Source: a bacterium GBS-1 (GTDB lineage Bacteria > Synergistota > GBS-1). From it: DNA of 64,000 nt. Below, piece after piece: positions 9,199 to 19,040 of this stretch. The notes under the pieces are model-generated. The model searched no databases. It worked only from the letters and a program-made list of their open reading frames with translations, and was not told the DNA's origin. The translations under genes and the position numbers were made by a program. Where the stretch lies: contig LEKQ01000001.1 in the NCBI GenBank assembly GCA_001443005.1, positions 142,792 to 206,791 of the forward strand, given 5' to 3'. Every line of letters begins with the position of its first letter. The first letter of the stretch is position 1.

Positions 9199-10205
9199 CG
9201 AAATCTTGCTTCATCATAACCATTATCATCTTTATTCTGTCGTTTACCCCAGTAGTTAATGGGGAAGTTAACGAAGCCAAGCTTGGGGAAAATATATCCA
9301 AGGAAGTGGAGAAGGAGTTTCCCTTAGTTAAAGATCCCGTTAAACTATCCCGAGTAGAATCGGTAGGACAGACATTAGCGAGATACTCTACGCGCAAAGA
9401 TATAGAATACAAGTTTAAACTGATATCAAAAGAGGATATAAATGCTTTTTCAATTCCTGGAGGTTATATTTATGTTTTCGCAGGCATGCTTGACTTCGTG
9501 AGAACAGACTCTGAGTTGGCTGCTGTTTTGGCACATGAAATAGCTCACATAGAAGGAAAGCATGCTCTTAAGCAAATGGCTGCCGCTCAAAGGATGACGG
9601 TATACTCCATAGCTATAGCTCTCGCTACAAGAACCGCTGCGGGTGTTTTATTGCCAGACCTATTAAGAATTGCAATTTTAAACAAATATAGCAGAGAATA
9701 TGAGGAGGAAGCAGACATGAGGTCCATAGATCTTATGATAAAAGCTGGCTATAATCCAGTTGCCGCTTTAACCCTAATAGAAAGATTATATGCTACATCT
9801 CTGCGAAAACCCCCTAGAGAACACGGGATAATGATGAGCCATCCAGAGTTAAGGGAAAGGGCTAGCTATATTTTAAAATGCTTAAAAGATAAGGGGATAG
9901 AAATAGAAAGAAGAAAAGCAGCAAACTATCTACCGGTAAAGGTTGGGCAAGATGGCTTAAGCGTTTACATTGAAGATGCACTGATATTTAAAGCTTCTTC
10001 AAAGGAAAAGGCCAAAGAGTTTGCCTCAAACTTGGATAAGCATCTGAAGGTTGATGTGGAACCATTTCAGATAAGGGTAGAAGGTGGTGGTCTTTATATA
10101 AATGGCAGTTTAATCTTAACTGGAAGAGAAGAAGAGCTAAAAACTGTAAAGGAAAAGATCGTTAAAGTTATCTTGGATTTTAGAATTAGATATATGCCTT
10201 TTTAG
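9195..10205 (+). CDS. M48-family zinc metallopeptidase with signal/TM anchor and C-terminal uncharacterised domain
   Basis: HEIAH zinc motif plus downstream EYEEEAD glutamate motif, as in the M48 family. N-terminal hydrophobic segment. Confidence 0.7.
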   Translation: MTKSCFIITIIIFILSFTPVVNGEVNEAKLGENISKEVEKEFPLVKDPVKLSRVESVGQTLARYSTRKDIEYKFKLISKEDINAFSIPGGYIYVFAGMLDFVRTDSELAAVLAHEIAHIEGKHALKQMAAAQRMTVYSIAIALATRTAAGVLLPDLLRIAILNKYSREYEEEADMRSIDLMIKAGYNPVAALTLIERLYATSLRKPPREHGIMMSHPELRERASYILKCLKDKGIEIERRKAANYLPVKVGQDGLSVYIEDALIFKASSKEKAKEFASNLDKHLKVDVEPFQIRVEGGGLYINGSLILTGREEELKTVKEKIVKVILDFRIRYMPF

Positions 10206-10212
10206 AAAAGAC

Positions 10213-10242
10213 TTGCAAAAAGTGGGATAAATATGTTATACT
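10213..10242 (+). promoter_or_regulatory. sigma70-like promoter TTGCAA-18-TATACT upstream of rimP operon
   Basis: -35 TTGCAA at 10213-10218 and -10 TATACT at 10237-10242. It sits in a 100-bp gap before rimP. Confidence 0.5.
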
Positions 10243-10307
10243 TTAAATGCAGATTCGCAAAAGAGTGGGGTTCCCCCCGCTCTTTTGTTTTTAAAGGAGT
10301 GATTCAA

Positions 10308-10811
10308 ATGGATTTTAAATCTATAGCCAAGAGGATCGAAAACGAGATACAAAGCACTGTAGAAAGAGAAGGAGTTGAGTTGCTTGGGGTTGAACTTGTA
10401 ACCGAAGGGGGACGGAAAATCCTTAGAGTTTACATAGATTCCGAAATTGGTATCTCATTAAAAGATTGCGAAAGGGTCAGCAAAGCCATAGACCCTATAT
10501 TAGAAAGAACAGATATCATAGAAGGAAGGTATTTTCTTGAGGTCTCCTCTCCGGGAATAGAAAGACCACTTTTCAAAAAGAAGGACTATGACCGATTTGC
10601 AGGAGAAAAAATTAAGATCACTACTTGCTCTCCGATAGAAGGCAGGAAAAACTTTACGGGAAAAATAAAGCTTACTAAGGAAGATAGCGTTCTTATAGAA
10701 ACTAATGAGGGTGAATTTGAAATATCCTTCGATAATATAAATAAAGCCAAGCTCATACCCAAGGAGTTCGAAGAAATGCCTCAGAAAAGGAGGAAAGGCA
10801 AGCGTGAGTAA
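10308..10811 (+). CDS. rimP: ribosome maturation factor RimP
   Basis: ATG at 10308 with AAAGGAGTG SD. RimP-family sequence and its position upstream of nusA. Confidence 0.85.
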   Translation: MDFKSIAKRIENEIQSTVEREGVELLGVELVTEGGRKILRVYIDSEIGISLKDCERVSKAIDPILERTDIIEGRYFLEVSSPGIERPLFKKKDYDRFAGEKIKITTCSPIEGRKNFTGKIKLTKEDSVLIETNEGEFEISFDNINKAKLIPKEFEEMPQKRRKGKRE

Positions 10812-11856
10812 GGAGTTATCAAGAGTTATAAAACAACTGGAGAGAGAAAAAGGTATTAGCAAAGGCACGCTCATTGATATGCTAAAGGCAGCCCTTATAT
10901 CCGCCTATAAGAAGCACTTTGGAAGCTCTCATAACATAGAAATAGATATAGATCCTATAACTGGAGATATAAAAGTATTTGCTATTAAAAGAGTTGTAAA
11001 AGAGGTAAGGGATCCCCGAGTAGAAATCTCGAAAGAGGATAGTATAAAATATGATGTGAACCCTGAAGAGGGATCTACGGTAAGGATCGAGATAACACCA
11101 AAGGATTTCGGAAGAATAGCAGCTCAAACTGCAAAACAAGTTATAGTTCAACGATTAAAAGAGGCTGAACGGGAAGCAATCTATGAAGAGTTCAAAGGAA
11201 AGGTTGGGGACATAGTAAACGGAAGTATATACAGAAAAGATAAAAACCAGGTAATGGTTAACCTTGGTAAGACTGAAGGTATACTTCCAGCCCAAGAACA
11301 GATTCAAACAGAAGAATACGAGCCAGGACGCTCCTATAAGTTTTATGTTCTTGAAGTGAGAAAAACTACCAAAGGACCTAAAATTGTTTTGTCGAGAACT
11401 CATCCAGGGCTTCTAAAGAGGCTCTTTGAGCTCGAGGTCCCGGAAATCCATGATGGCGTGGTGGAGATAAAAGCTGTCGTTAGAGAACCTGGAACCAGGT
11501 CAAAGGTTGCCGTATGGTCTAACGATCCTAATGTAGATCCAATAGGAGCTTGTGTTGGATCAAAGGGATCAAGGGTACAAGCAGTAAGTAGGGAGCTGTC
11601 GGGGGAGAGAATAGACATAGTTACGTGGAACCCTAACCCCTTAACCTTCATAGCTAACGCTTTAAGCCCAGCAAAGGTAATAAAGATCGAAAAGATAGAA
11701 GGGGAAGAAAAAGGAGCAAGGGTATGGGTTCCACCAGATCAGCTCTCCTTAGCCATAGGTAGAGAAGGACAAAACGCTCGTTTAGTCGCTAGATTAACGG
11801 GTTGGAGGATCGATATAAAACCTTATGAGGGGGAAATAGAGCTTGACAAGGGCTAA
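10804..11856 (+). CDS. nusA: transcription termination/antitermination factor NusA
   Basis: NusA N-terminal, S1 and KH domains (GSKGSRVQAVSRELSGERIDIV). 350 aa. Confidence 0.95.
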   Translation: MSKELSRVIKQLEREKGISKGTLIDMLKAALISAYKKHFGSSHNIEIDIDPITGDIKVFAIKRVVKEVRDPRVEISKEDSIKYDVNPEEGSTVRIEITPKDFGRIAAQTAKQVIVQRLKEAEREAIYEEFKGKVGDIVNGSIYRKDKNQVMVNLGKTEGILPAQEQIQTEEYEPGRSYKFYVLEVRKTTKGPKIVLSRTHPGLLKRLFELEVPEIHDGVVEIKAVVREPGTRSKVAVWSNDPNVDPIGACVGSKGSRVQAVSRELSGERIDIVTWNPNPLTFIANALSPAKVIKIEKIEGEEKGARVWVPPDQLSLAIGREGQNARLVARLTGWRIDIKPYEGEIELDKG

Positions 11857-12121
11857 GCATATCCCGATCAGAACATGTATAGGTTGTGGCGAGAAAAAGC
11901 CCAAGGGAGAGCTACTGAGAATAGTTAAAACTCCCGAAGGAACCTTAACTATAGATCTGGCAGGAAAGAAAGGCGGGAGAGGAACCTACATCTGCTTCAA
12001 CTTAGATTGTCTTGAAAAGGCAATTAAGAAGAAATCTTTACAGAGAAGCCTAAAAGTAAATGAAATAGATAGAGACTTGCTAGAAAGACTTAAAGAACTT
12101 CTGCCCAAGGTCAATAAATGA
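11843..12121 (+). CDS. ylxR: YlxR/RnpM-family RNA-binding protein (DUF448)
   Basis: IPIRTCIGCGEKKPKGELLRIV motif and its position between nusA and the L7Ae-like gene. Confidence 0.85.
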   Translation: MTRAKHIPIRTCIGCGEKKPKGELLRIVKTPEGTLTIDLAGKKGGRGTYICFNLDCLEKAIKKKSLQRSLKVNEIDRDLLERLKELLPKVNK

Positions 12122-12519
12122 AATTGAAAGCCATATTAGGCTTCGCCAGGAAGGCCAGAAAGTTAACCATTGGAAGGAAAGCAACCATAAAGGCTTTGAA
12201 GAAAGGGAAAGTCCGTTTGATCTTGCTTGCTCGTGACGCAGGGAAATCTATTTGTAGGGAACTCTTAAAATATTCCCAGGAAGCAAAGATCAACGCTATT
12301 TCTATATGCTCCAAGAGAGAATTAGGAAAAGCAATAGGTAGGGAAAATTGCAGCGTCCTCGGTTTAATGGACTGGAGGATGGCACAGGAGGTGATGCTTT
12401 TTGAGCAAAATAAGGGTCTACGAGCTAGCGAGAATAACCGGGCTTTCAACAAAGGACCTGATGGAAAAACTAAAGGAACTAGGAGTAGAGGTAAAGACAC
12501 ACATGAGCACAATAGATAA
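12118..12519 (+). CDS. ylxQ: L7Ae-family ribosomal-like protein (YlxQ) with C-terminal tail overlapping infB
   Basis: The KARKLTIGRKATIKALKKGKVRLILLARDAG L7Ae fold is present. The ORF has no stop until 12519 and overlaps the infB start by 119 nt. Confidence 0.65.
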   Translation: MKLKAILGFARKARKLTIGRKATIKALKKGKVRLILLARDAGKSICRELLKYSQEAKINAISICSKRELGKAIGRENCSVLGLMDWRMAQEVMLFEQNKGLRASENNRAFNKGPDGKTKGTRSRGKDTHEHNR

Positions 12520-14149
12520 AGAAATAGCTAAAATAATAGAAGAAACGTTAACCGAAGAAAAAAAGGAAGAAAAAAGAGAGCATCAAGAGGTAACTCAACC
12601 CATAGAGGAAAGAGAAGAAAAGAAGGCAGTGGTTTTAAAGCCAAGACCTCCTGTTGTCACGGTCATGGGGCATGTAGATCATGGTAAAACTACCCTTTTA
12701 GACACCATCAGAAAAACTAATGTTGCCGAACGCGAAGCAGGAGGGATAACGCAAAAAATAGGAGCATCGGTTGTAGAACGTGGAGGGAAGAAGATAGTTT
12801 TTATAGATACGCCAGGACATGAAGCATTTACTAAGATGAGAGCAAGAGGAGCCCAAGTTACAGATATAGCCGTATTAGTTGTCGCAGCTGATGATGGGGT
12901 TAAACCTCAAACAATTGAAGCCGTTAACCACGCAAGAGCAGCTGGAGTTCCAATAATAGTGGCTATAAACAAGATTGATAAACCTAATGCGAACGTAGAA
13001 AAAACAAAAAGAGAGTTAGCAGAGATAGGGTTGATTCCTGAAGAGTGGGGTGGAGATACAATCTGTGTTGAAGTCTCAGCAAAGAAGGGAACAGGAGTAG
13101 ATGAATTACTGGACATGATAATCTTCCTCGCAGAATATATGGAGCTCAAAGCAGAAGTAGATGTTCCCGCAGAGGGATATATATTGGAATCGAGGCTAGA
13201 TAAAGGTAAAGGTCCTATAGCAGACGTTATCGTTAAAAAGGGCGTTCTAAAGAGAGGAGATATAATCCTGACCAAAAGCGCTTACGGCAGAGTTAGAGCT
13301 ATGTTCGATGATAAAGGAAGACAGGTAAATGAGGCAGGTCCATCCATGCCTGTGGAAGTCATAGGCCTAAACTCGCTAGCTGAAGCTGGAGATAAATTTA
13401 GAGTAATTGAAAGCGAAAAGGAAGCTAAAGAAATAGTTGAAGCTTACTTTGAGGAAATCAGAGAGAAGAAATTAGCTACAAAGCCTAAGAAACTGACCCT
13501 TGAGGAACTACTAAAACAAGTTAAAAGTGAAGAAACAAGGGAACTTAGACTAGTTGTGAAGACGAACTCCCAAGGAGAGTTAGACGCTCTTATACCTATC
13601 TTGGAAAGGCTTTCTACTGAAGAGATAAAGGTTAAGTGTATTCATGGAGGTATAGGTAACATTAATGAAAATGACGTAATGTTAGCTTCAGCATCGGAGG
13701 CAATAATAATAGGCTTTAACGTTAAGGTTGATCCCACTGCCAAACAGGAAGCTGAAAGGGAAGGCGTTCAAATAAGGCTATATCAAATAATTTACGACGT
13801 GGAAGAGGATATCAAAGCAGCTATGATAGGAATGCTTAAACCCAAATATGAAGAGGTGATATTAGGCAGAGCAGAAGTTCGAGCTGTGTTTAAAGTCAAG
13901 GGTGGGAAGGTAGCTGGGTGCTATGTGTTAGATGGAAATATCGTTAGAAACGCTCAAGCAAGGGTTAAAAGAAAGGATGCAGTCCTATTTGAGGGTAAAA
14001 TATCCTCTCTTAAAAGATTTAAAGACGATGTAAAAGAAGTAGCTAAAGGTTTCGAGTGCGGCATAGGAATAGAGGGCTTCTCTGACTTTGAAGTAGGAGA
14101 CATAATAGAAGCTTTTGAGGTAAGGGAAGTGAGAAGAACAACGCTTTAA
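12401..14149 (+). CDS. infB: translation initiation factor IF-2
   Basis: TTG start with AGGAGGTG 7 nt upstream. [13 protein letters not shown]-domain. Compact 582-aa IF-2. Confidence 0.95.
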   Translation: MSKIRVYELARITGLSTKDLMEKLKELGVEVKTHMSTIDKEIAKIIEETLTEEKKEEKREHQEVTQPIEEREEKKAVVLKPRPPVVTVMGHVDHGKTTLLDTIRKTNVAEREAGGITQKIGASVVERGGKKIVFIDTPGHEAFTKMRARGAQVTDIAVLVVAADDGVKPQTIEAVNHARAAGVPIIVAINKIDKPNANVEKTKRELAEIGLIPEEWGGDTICVEVSAKKGTGVDELLDMIIFLAEYMELKAEVDVPAEGYILESRLDKGKGPIADVIVKKGVLKRGDIILTKSAYGRVRAMFDDKGRQVNEAGPSMPVEVIGLNSLAEAGDKFRVIESEKEAKEIVEAYFEEIREKKLATKPKKLTLEELLKQVKSEETRELRLVVKTNSQGELDALIPILERLSTEEIKVKCIHGGIGNINENDVMLASASEAIIIGFNVKVDPTAKQEAEREGVQIRLYQIIYDVEEDIKAAMIGMLKPKYEEVILGRAEVRAVFKVKGGKVAGCYVLDGNIVRNAQARVKRKDAVLFEGKISSLKRFKDDVKEVAKGFECGIGIEGFSDFEVGDIIEAFEVREVRRTTL

Positions 14150-14165
14150 TTTGATTTGTACAAAT

Positions 14166-14447
14166 ATGATCGTTGGTATACTTGAGATCCATTTAAGGAT
14201 CTTTTCTGCTAGAACGCTTAAAGAAAAAAGAGCTTGCATTCAAAGGATAATATCCAAGATAAGAAATAGCTTTAACGTCTCTGTCGCAGAGATAGGAGGA
14301 AACGACCAGTGGAAGGAATGCATTCTGGGTATAGCTATGATCGGAAACGAAAAGGCTTTCCTGGATAATGCCTTAAACAATATCCTTTCATTTATAGAAA
14401 AGGAAAAAAGCGTATGGATTGAAAACTGGTCTATGGAAATTCTGTAA
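14166..14447 (+). CDS. DUF503 (YlxP-like) protein
   Basis: MIVGILEIHLRI... is the typical DUF503 N-terminus. Conserved position between infB and rbfA. Confidence 0.75.
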   Translation: MIVGILEIHLRIFSARTLKEKRACIQRIISKIRNSFNVSVAEIGGNDQWKECILGIAMIGNEKAFLDNALNNILSFIEKEKSVWIENWSMEIL

Positions 14448-14478
14448 TGAACTTTGAAAAACTGGGAAGTGATGAAAG

Positions 14479-14853
14479 ATGAGTCAACACCGCTTAAAGA
14501 GAGTTGAAAGAGAGATAAGGAGATTTGTCGGAGAGTTCATATCAAGAGATCTTAAAGATCCAAGGGTCAAAGGGGTAAGCGTAACGAAAGTAGAGGTCTC
14601 AAGGGATCTAAGATGGGCCTGGATTTACGTTAGCATATACGGGGTTCCTGACCCAACTGAAGTTATGAATGGGCTTGACAGCGCAAAAAACTTCATAAGA
14701 AAAGAGCTTGGAAAAGAGCTAAGGTTAAGAATCATACCTGAAATAGTTTTCAAGGAAGACAAATCAATAGGATACAGTTTCTATATAGATGAGATCTTAT
14801 CAAGGGTGGCGAAAAAGAATGGAGAGAAAGATAGTAAAGGAAATAAAGGATAG
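14479..14853 (+). CDS. rbfA: ribosome-binding factor A
   Basis: RLKRVEREIRRFVGEFISRDLKDPRV KH-like RbfA signature. Confidence 0.9.
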   Translation: MSQHRLKRVEREIRRFVGEFISRDLKDPRVKGVSVTKVEVSRDLRWAWIYVSIYGVPDPTEVMNGLDSAKNFIRKELGKELRLRIIPEIVFKEDKSIGYSFYIDEILSRVAKKNGEKDSKGNKG

Positions 14854-15802
14854 AATAGAGAAAGCTAACGCTATATCACTCATATCTCATGAAAGGCCCG
14901 ATGGAGATGCAATAGGAAGCCTTATTGCAATGGGCTTAGGCATAGAAAGGATTGGAAAAAAGGTAAAACTCCTTAGCCCTGATGACGTTCCTGAAGTTTA
15001 CAGGTTCCTAAAGGGAACCGAGAAGATAGAAAAGCTAAACCAATTATGGAATGAAAGGGCCGATATTTGCATCTTCATCGACACTGCAAACCCCTCAAGA
15101 TTGGGAAACGATATAAACTTAAAGAGCTTGGGGAAGTTTATCATTAATATAGATCATCATATCGATAATAAGAGGTATGGCGACATAAACTTCGTAGACC
15201 CCACTGCCTCATCAACTGGAGAGCTCATATATGAAATCCTCTCGCAGTGGGAAAACCTTATAACCCCTGAAATCGCCGACGCTCTATACACCGCTATAGT
15301 TACGGATAGTGGAAGGTTTTCCTACGAATCCACTTCTTATAAAACCCATCTTATAGCAGCAGATCTTCTATCAAAGGGCGCTAACAAAACTATAATAAAT
15401 AAGCGAATTTATGAGATAAAACCCTTCAATGTTCTCAAGCTAATAGGAGAAATGCTATCTCGCGCTCAACTTGCCTTTGGAGGTAAAGTCATCTGGAGCT
15501 TTATAACTTTAGAGAGCTTTGAAAAACACGGCGTTAACCTACTTGACTCAGAAGGCTTTCTTCAATTCCTTAGGATGGCTGAAGGGATTAAGTTGGCGAT
15601 ACTCTTCAGAGAGATAGAAAGAGGTAAAATAAGGGTAAGCTTGCGTTCAACGGACAAAGAAACTAAGGTCCGAGAGATAGCAACCCAATTCGGTGGTGGA
15701 GGACACGAAATGGCAGCAGGCTGCACGATAGAAGCAAACCTTGAAAGCGCAAAGGAGCTCTTATTTAAGAGCATCGAAGAGAAATACGGATGGAAGGCGT
15801 AG
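14819..15802 (+). CDS. nrnA: DHH/DHHA1 phosphoesterase (NrnA-like oligoribonuclease/pAp phosphatase)
   Basis: HERPDGDAIGS and DHH motifs. GGGH near the C-terminus (DHHA1). ATG at 14819 overlaps the rbfA end. Confidence 0.85.
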   Translation: MERKIVKEIKDRIEKANAISLISHERPDGDAIGSLIAMGLGIERIGKKVKLLSPDDVPEVYRFLKGTEKIEKLNQLWNERADICIFIDTANPSRLGNDINLKSLGKFIINIDHHIDNKRYGDINFVDPTASSTGELIYEILSQWENLITPEIADALYTAIVTDSGRFSYESTSYKTHLIAADLLSKGANKTIINKRIYEIKPFNVLKLIGEMLSRAQLAFGGKVIWSFITLESFEKHGVNLLDSEGFLQFLRMAEGIKLAILFREIERGKIRVSLRSTDKETKVREIATQFGGGGHEMAAGCTIEANLESAKELLFKSIEEKYGWKA

Positions 15803-16656
15803 TAAAGGTTTATAAGCCAATTTTGGCTACATCCACGGAATGTGTCGAAGAAGTTAAAAAGGCCTTAGGCGTGAGGAAAGCTGGGCACAGTGGGACTCTC
15901 GATCCCCACGCTGAAGGATTGCTCCTAATATGCCTGAACTCCTCCACAAAGCTAATCCCGTACCTTTTAAACTTAGATAAAGAATACATAGGAGAAGCCA
16001 TTCTTGGGATAAAAACAAACACAGGAGATCGTGGAGGAGTAGTGATAGAAAGCAACCTTAATCGAAAGATAAGCTATGATTCACTTTTAGAAGCAATTCA
16101 AGATTTCAAGGGGAAAATAAAGCAGATTCCCCCACTTTACTCCGCAATCAAAGTGAAAGGAAAGAGGCTTTACGAATATGCAAGAGAGGGGATTGATGAT
16201 GTGGAGCTGGTCCCCAGAGAAGTAACAGTATATGACTTCGACGTTCTATACTTAATTGATGAAAACATCCAAAAGTTCGGTTTCAGGATAAGGTGTTCAA
16301 AGGGAACTTATGTTAGAAGGATAATAGAAGACCTAGGGGAAAGGCTGGGATGCGGGGCTTTTTTATCCAAATTAAGGCGAATTAAAATAGGCCCATTCGA
16401 TTTAGAAGACTCTGTAAAACCGTGGGATAAAGAGAGGTTAAACCAAGCAATTTTAAGCAATGAAGAAGTGGTTAAAAAAATAATGCCAGTTGTGGAGATC
16501 ACACCGGAGGAAGAAAGCAAGATTTCCAGAGGTATTTCTATAAAGTCAAGATTCCCTCTTGAAGGAGAAGTAGGTCTATTTTTAAACAAAACTTTGGTAG
16601 CCATAGCTGAAGGAAAGGATGGGGTTATAAAACCCCTGAGGGTATTTAAAACATGA
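15790..16656 (+). CDS. truB: tRNA pseudouridine(55) synthase
   Basis: HSGTLDPHAEGLLLI catalytic Asp motif plus a PUA-like C-terminus. Confidence 0.9.
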   Translation: MEGVVKVYKPILATSTECVEEVKKALGVRKAGHSGTLDPHAEGLLLICLNSSTKLIPYLLNLDKEYIGEAILGIKTNTGDRGGVVIESNLNRKISYDSLLEAIQDFKGKIKQIPPLYSAIKVKGKRLYEYAREGIDDVELVPREVTVYDFDVLYLIDENIQKFGFRIRCSKGTYVRRIIEDLGERLGCGAFLSKLRRIKIGPFDLEDSVKPWDKERLNQAILSNEEVVKKIMPVVEITPEEESKISRGISIKSRFPLEGEVGLFLNKTLVAIAEGKDGVIKPLRVFKT

Positions 16657-17537
16657 GGGCTATAGCCATAGGAGCCTTCGATGGAGTTCACCTGGGACAC
16701 AAAGAAGTAATAGAAAAAGCGATTCAATTTGGCAGAACTCATAACTTAAAAACTACAATATTGACTTTCTCTCCTCACCCTGAGATATTTTTTAAAGGCG
16801 AAGAATTTAAACTTCTAACAACGGAAGAGGAAAGGGAAGAACTTCTTCTGTCTCTGGGAGTAGATGAAATAATAAAGCTTCCATTCAATGAAGAACTCGC
16901 AAACATGCCACCAGAAAGCTTCTTCAAAGACATACTTATAAGCAAGCTAAACGTGAAATTCATATCCGTCGGGTTTAACTTCACCTTCGGCAAAGAAGGA
17001 AAGGGAACACCAGCTTTACTCAAGAAGCTGTCTAACGAAAGCAAAATAACGGTAGAGATAATTCCACCCAAAGCAGTGATGGGAAGGATAGTATCGAGCA
17101 CCAAGATACGTGAACTTATAAAAGATGGGAAAATAGAAGAGGCTGCTATACTTTTGGGAAGGAATTATAGTATAAAGGGATTGATATCAAGGGGGAACGG
17201 CATAGGGAGGAAAATAGGTTTTCCCACAATTAACATTTCCGTTAATCCTGAAAAACTTTTACCCCCAGATGGAGTTTACGCTACCATAGTCAACTTGGAT
17301 AACAAGAACTTCCTTGGTGCCATGAACATAGGAAAAAGACCAACCATATATGACAAAGGTGAGAGACGAGTTGAAGTTTACATCTTAGACTATGAAGGAG
17401 ACGTTTACGGGAAAACCGTTCGAATAGAAATAACAAATAGGATAAGGGGAGAAAAAAAGTTTAGTAGCCTTAATGAGCTAAGAGAACAAATAGAACGAGA
17501 TATAAACTGGATAAGAAAACACTGCAAGATTGGATAA
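16653..17537 (+). CDS. ribF: bifunctional riboflavin kinase / FMN adenylyltransferase
   Basis: AIGAFDGVHLGH nucleotidyltransferase motif and riboflavin kinase C-terminal domain. Confidence 0.9.
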   Translation: MRAIAIGAFDGVHLGHKEVIEKAIQFGRTHNLKTTILTFSPHPEIFFKGEEFKLLTTEEEREELLLSLGVDEIIKLPFNEELANMPPESFFKDILISKLNVKFISVGFNFTFGKEGKGTPALLKKLSNESKITVEIIPPKAVMGRIVSSTKIRELIKDGKIEEAAILLGRNYSIKGLISRGNGIGRKIGFPTINISVNPEKLLPPDGVYATIVNLDNKNFLGAMNIGKRPTIYDKGERRVEVYILDYEGDVYGKTVRIEITNRIRGEKKFSSLNELREQIERDINWIRKHCKIG

Positions 17538-18154
17538 TGAACTATGATGACTTCATAGATGGCTTTCTAATAAGAAGCATATATATGGGAGCGAAATGGG
17601 CCTTGCGCTTATGGATTCCCTCAAACCCCATGGTAGTTTTAGGGAGATTTTCCAAAGAAAGTGAAGAGATTAAAGAAGAATGCAAGCTCCCTATTAAAAG
17701 ACGCTTGGGTGGAGGTTGTAGCGTAACTATTTACCCGGGAACGATAATAGTTAGCTTAGCCATAAACAGATCGCTACGCCCAGAGATCTTTCCCCGAGAT
17801 TGGATTGCATTCATTAATAGATCCGTAATATCAGCGCTTGAAGCCTTAGGCCTGGACGAAATAGAAGAACAGGGATGGGGAGACATAACCTGCAAAGACA
17901 AAAAAATAGGTGGTATATCTCTTTACTCCTCAAAAGATGTGATATTATATCAGCTTTCCCTCATTTATCACCTAGATATAGAGCTCATAGAAAGTAGCCT
18001 AAAGCACCCTCCAAGGGAACCGAATTATAGAAAAGGCAGGAATCATCGTAGCTTCTTATCCTCTATAAAAGAGATTGCTCCACGCATTTCCCAATATTCC
18101 GTTATGCAAAAGATAGAAGAAAAACTTAGAGAAGACCTATCCAAGGTGGTATAA
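17537..18154 (+). CDS. BPL/LplA/LipB-family protein (short lipoate-protein ligase / octanoyltransferase-like)
   Basis: KRRLGGGCSVTIYPG resembles the RRxxGGGAVyHD motif. KIGGISL matches the Lys-containing catalytic loop. Only 205 aa. Confidence 0.5.
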   Translation: MNYDDFIDGFLIRSIYMGAKWALRLWIPSNPMVVLGRFSKESEEIKEECKLPIKRRLGGGCSVTIYPGTIIVSLAINRSLRPEIFPRDWIAFINRSVISALEALGLDEIEEQGWGDITCKDKKIGGISLYSSKDVILYQLSLIYHLDIELIESSLKHPPREPNYRKGRNHRSFLSSIKEIAPRISQYSVMQKIEEKLREDLSKVV

Positions 18155-18188
18155 TGGTTAGTGTCAACTTATCACGGAGGTGATAAAT

Positions 18189-19040
18189 TTGCGCAAAAAG
18201 GTAACTATACCAGATCTCTTTGATAAGAAGAAGAAAAACGAAAAGATAGTCATGATAACATCCTACGATTACCCTATGACCCAGATAGTGAGCGAAGCAG
18301 AAATAGACATTATACTTGTAGGAGATTCCCTTGGAATGGTAGTTCAGGGCAGGGACTCCACCGTACCAGTAACTATGGATGAGATGGTATATCACTGTAA
18401 GTGCGTCATGAGAGCCAATCCATCTTGCTTTGTCGTAGGAGACATGCCCTTCCTAAGCTACGAGGTTAGTGCTCAAGAAGCGGTTAAAAATGCTGGGAGA
18501 CTGATGAAAGAGGGAGGAGTGGATGGAGTAAAACTCGAGGGAGGAGTTAGAGTAGCAGATAAGGTAGAAGCTATCGTCAAGGCTGGCATCCCCGTTATGG
18601 GACATATAGGACTTACACCACAAAGCGTAAGCTTGCTTGGAGGGTTTAAGGTTCAAGGAAAAGACATAGACTCAGCGAGGAAGATAGTAGAAGATGCGAT
18701 AGCGTTAGAGCAGGCTGGGGTTTTTTCCATAGTTCTTGAATGTGTACCATCAGGTCTCGCTGAGATAATAACCAAAAGGGTCTCTGTACCAACGATAGGC
18801 ATAGGTGCAGGTCCCTATTGCGATGGTCAAGTTTTGGTTCTTCACGATCTTTTAGGGCTTTTCAGGAGATTTAGGCCCAAGTTTGTGAAGGCCTACATAG
18901 ACCTATACGATATAATTCTTAAGACACTCATAGACTATCGCGAAGAGGTTAAGGAAGGAAAGTTCCCAACCAGTGAGCATAGCTTTTCTATGAATGAGGA
19001 AGTCCTAAAGACATTAAAGGAGGAATATCTTAAAGCATGA
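18189..19040 (+). CDS. panB: 3-methyl-2-oxobutanoate hydroxymethyltransferase
   Basis: ITSYDYPMTQIVSEAEIDIILVGDSLGMVVQG signature. TTG at 18189 with GGAGGTGAT SD is likely. The track start at GTG 18180 overlaps the SD. Confidence 0.9.
   Translation: MRKKVTIPDLFDKKKKNEKIVMITSYDYPMTQIVSEAEIDIILVGDSLGMVVQGRDSTVPVTMDEMVYHCKCVMRANPSCFVVGDMPFLSYEVSAQEAVKNAGRLMKEGGVDGVKLEGGVRVADKVEAIVKAGIPVMGHIGLTPQSVSLLGGFKVQGKDIDSARKIVEDAIALEQAGVFSIVLECVPSGLAEIITKRVSVPTIGIGAGPYCDGQVLVLHDLLGLFRRFRPKFVKAYIDLYDIILKTLIDYREEVKEGKFPTSEHSFSMNEEVLKTLKEEYLKA

Noticed and set aside
10233-10307. N-terminal extension of rimP (MLYFKCRF...)
   Set aside because: The extension covers the promoter -10 region. ATG 10308 has a proper SD and matches the RimP N-terminus.
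12907-13275. 122-aa minus-strand ORF inside infB
   Set aside because: It is antisense to the IF-2 G-domain and is a shadow ORF.
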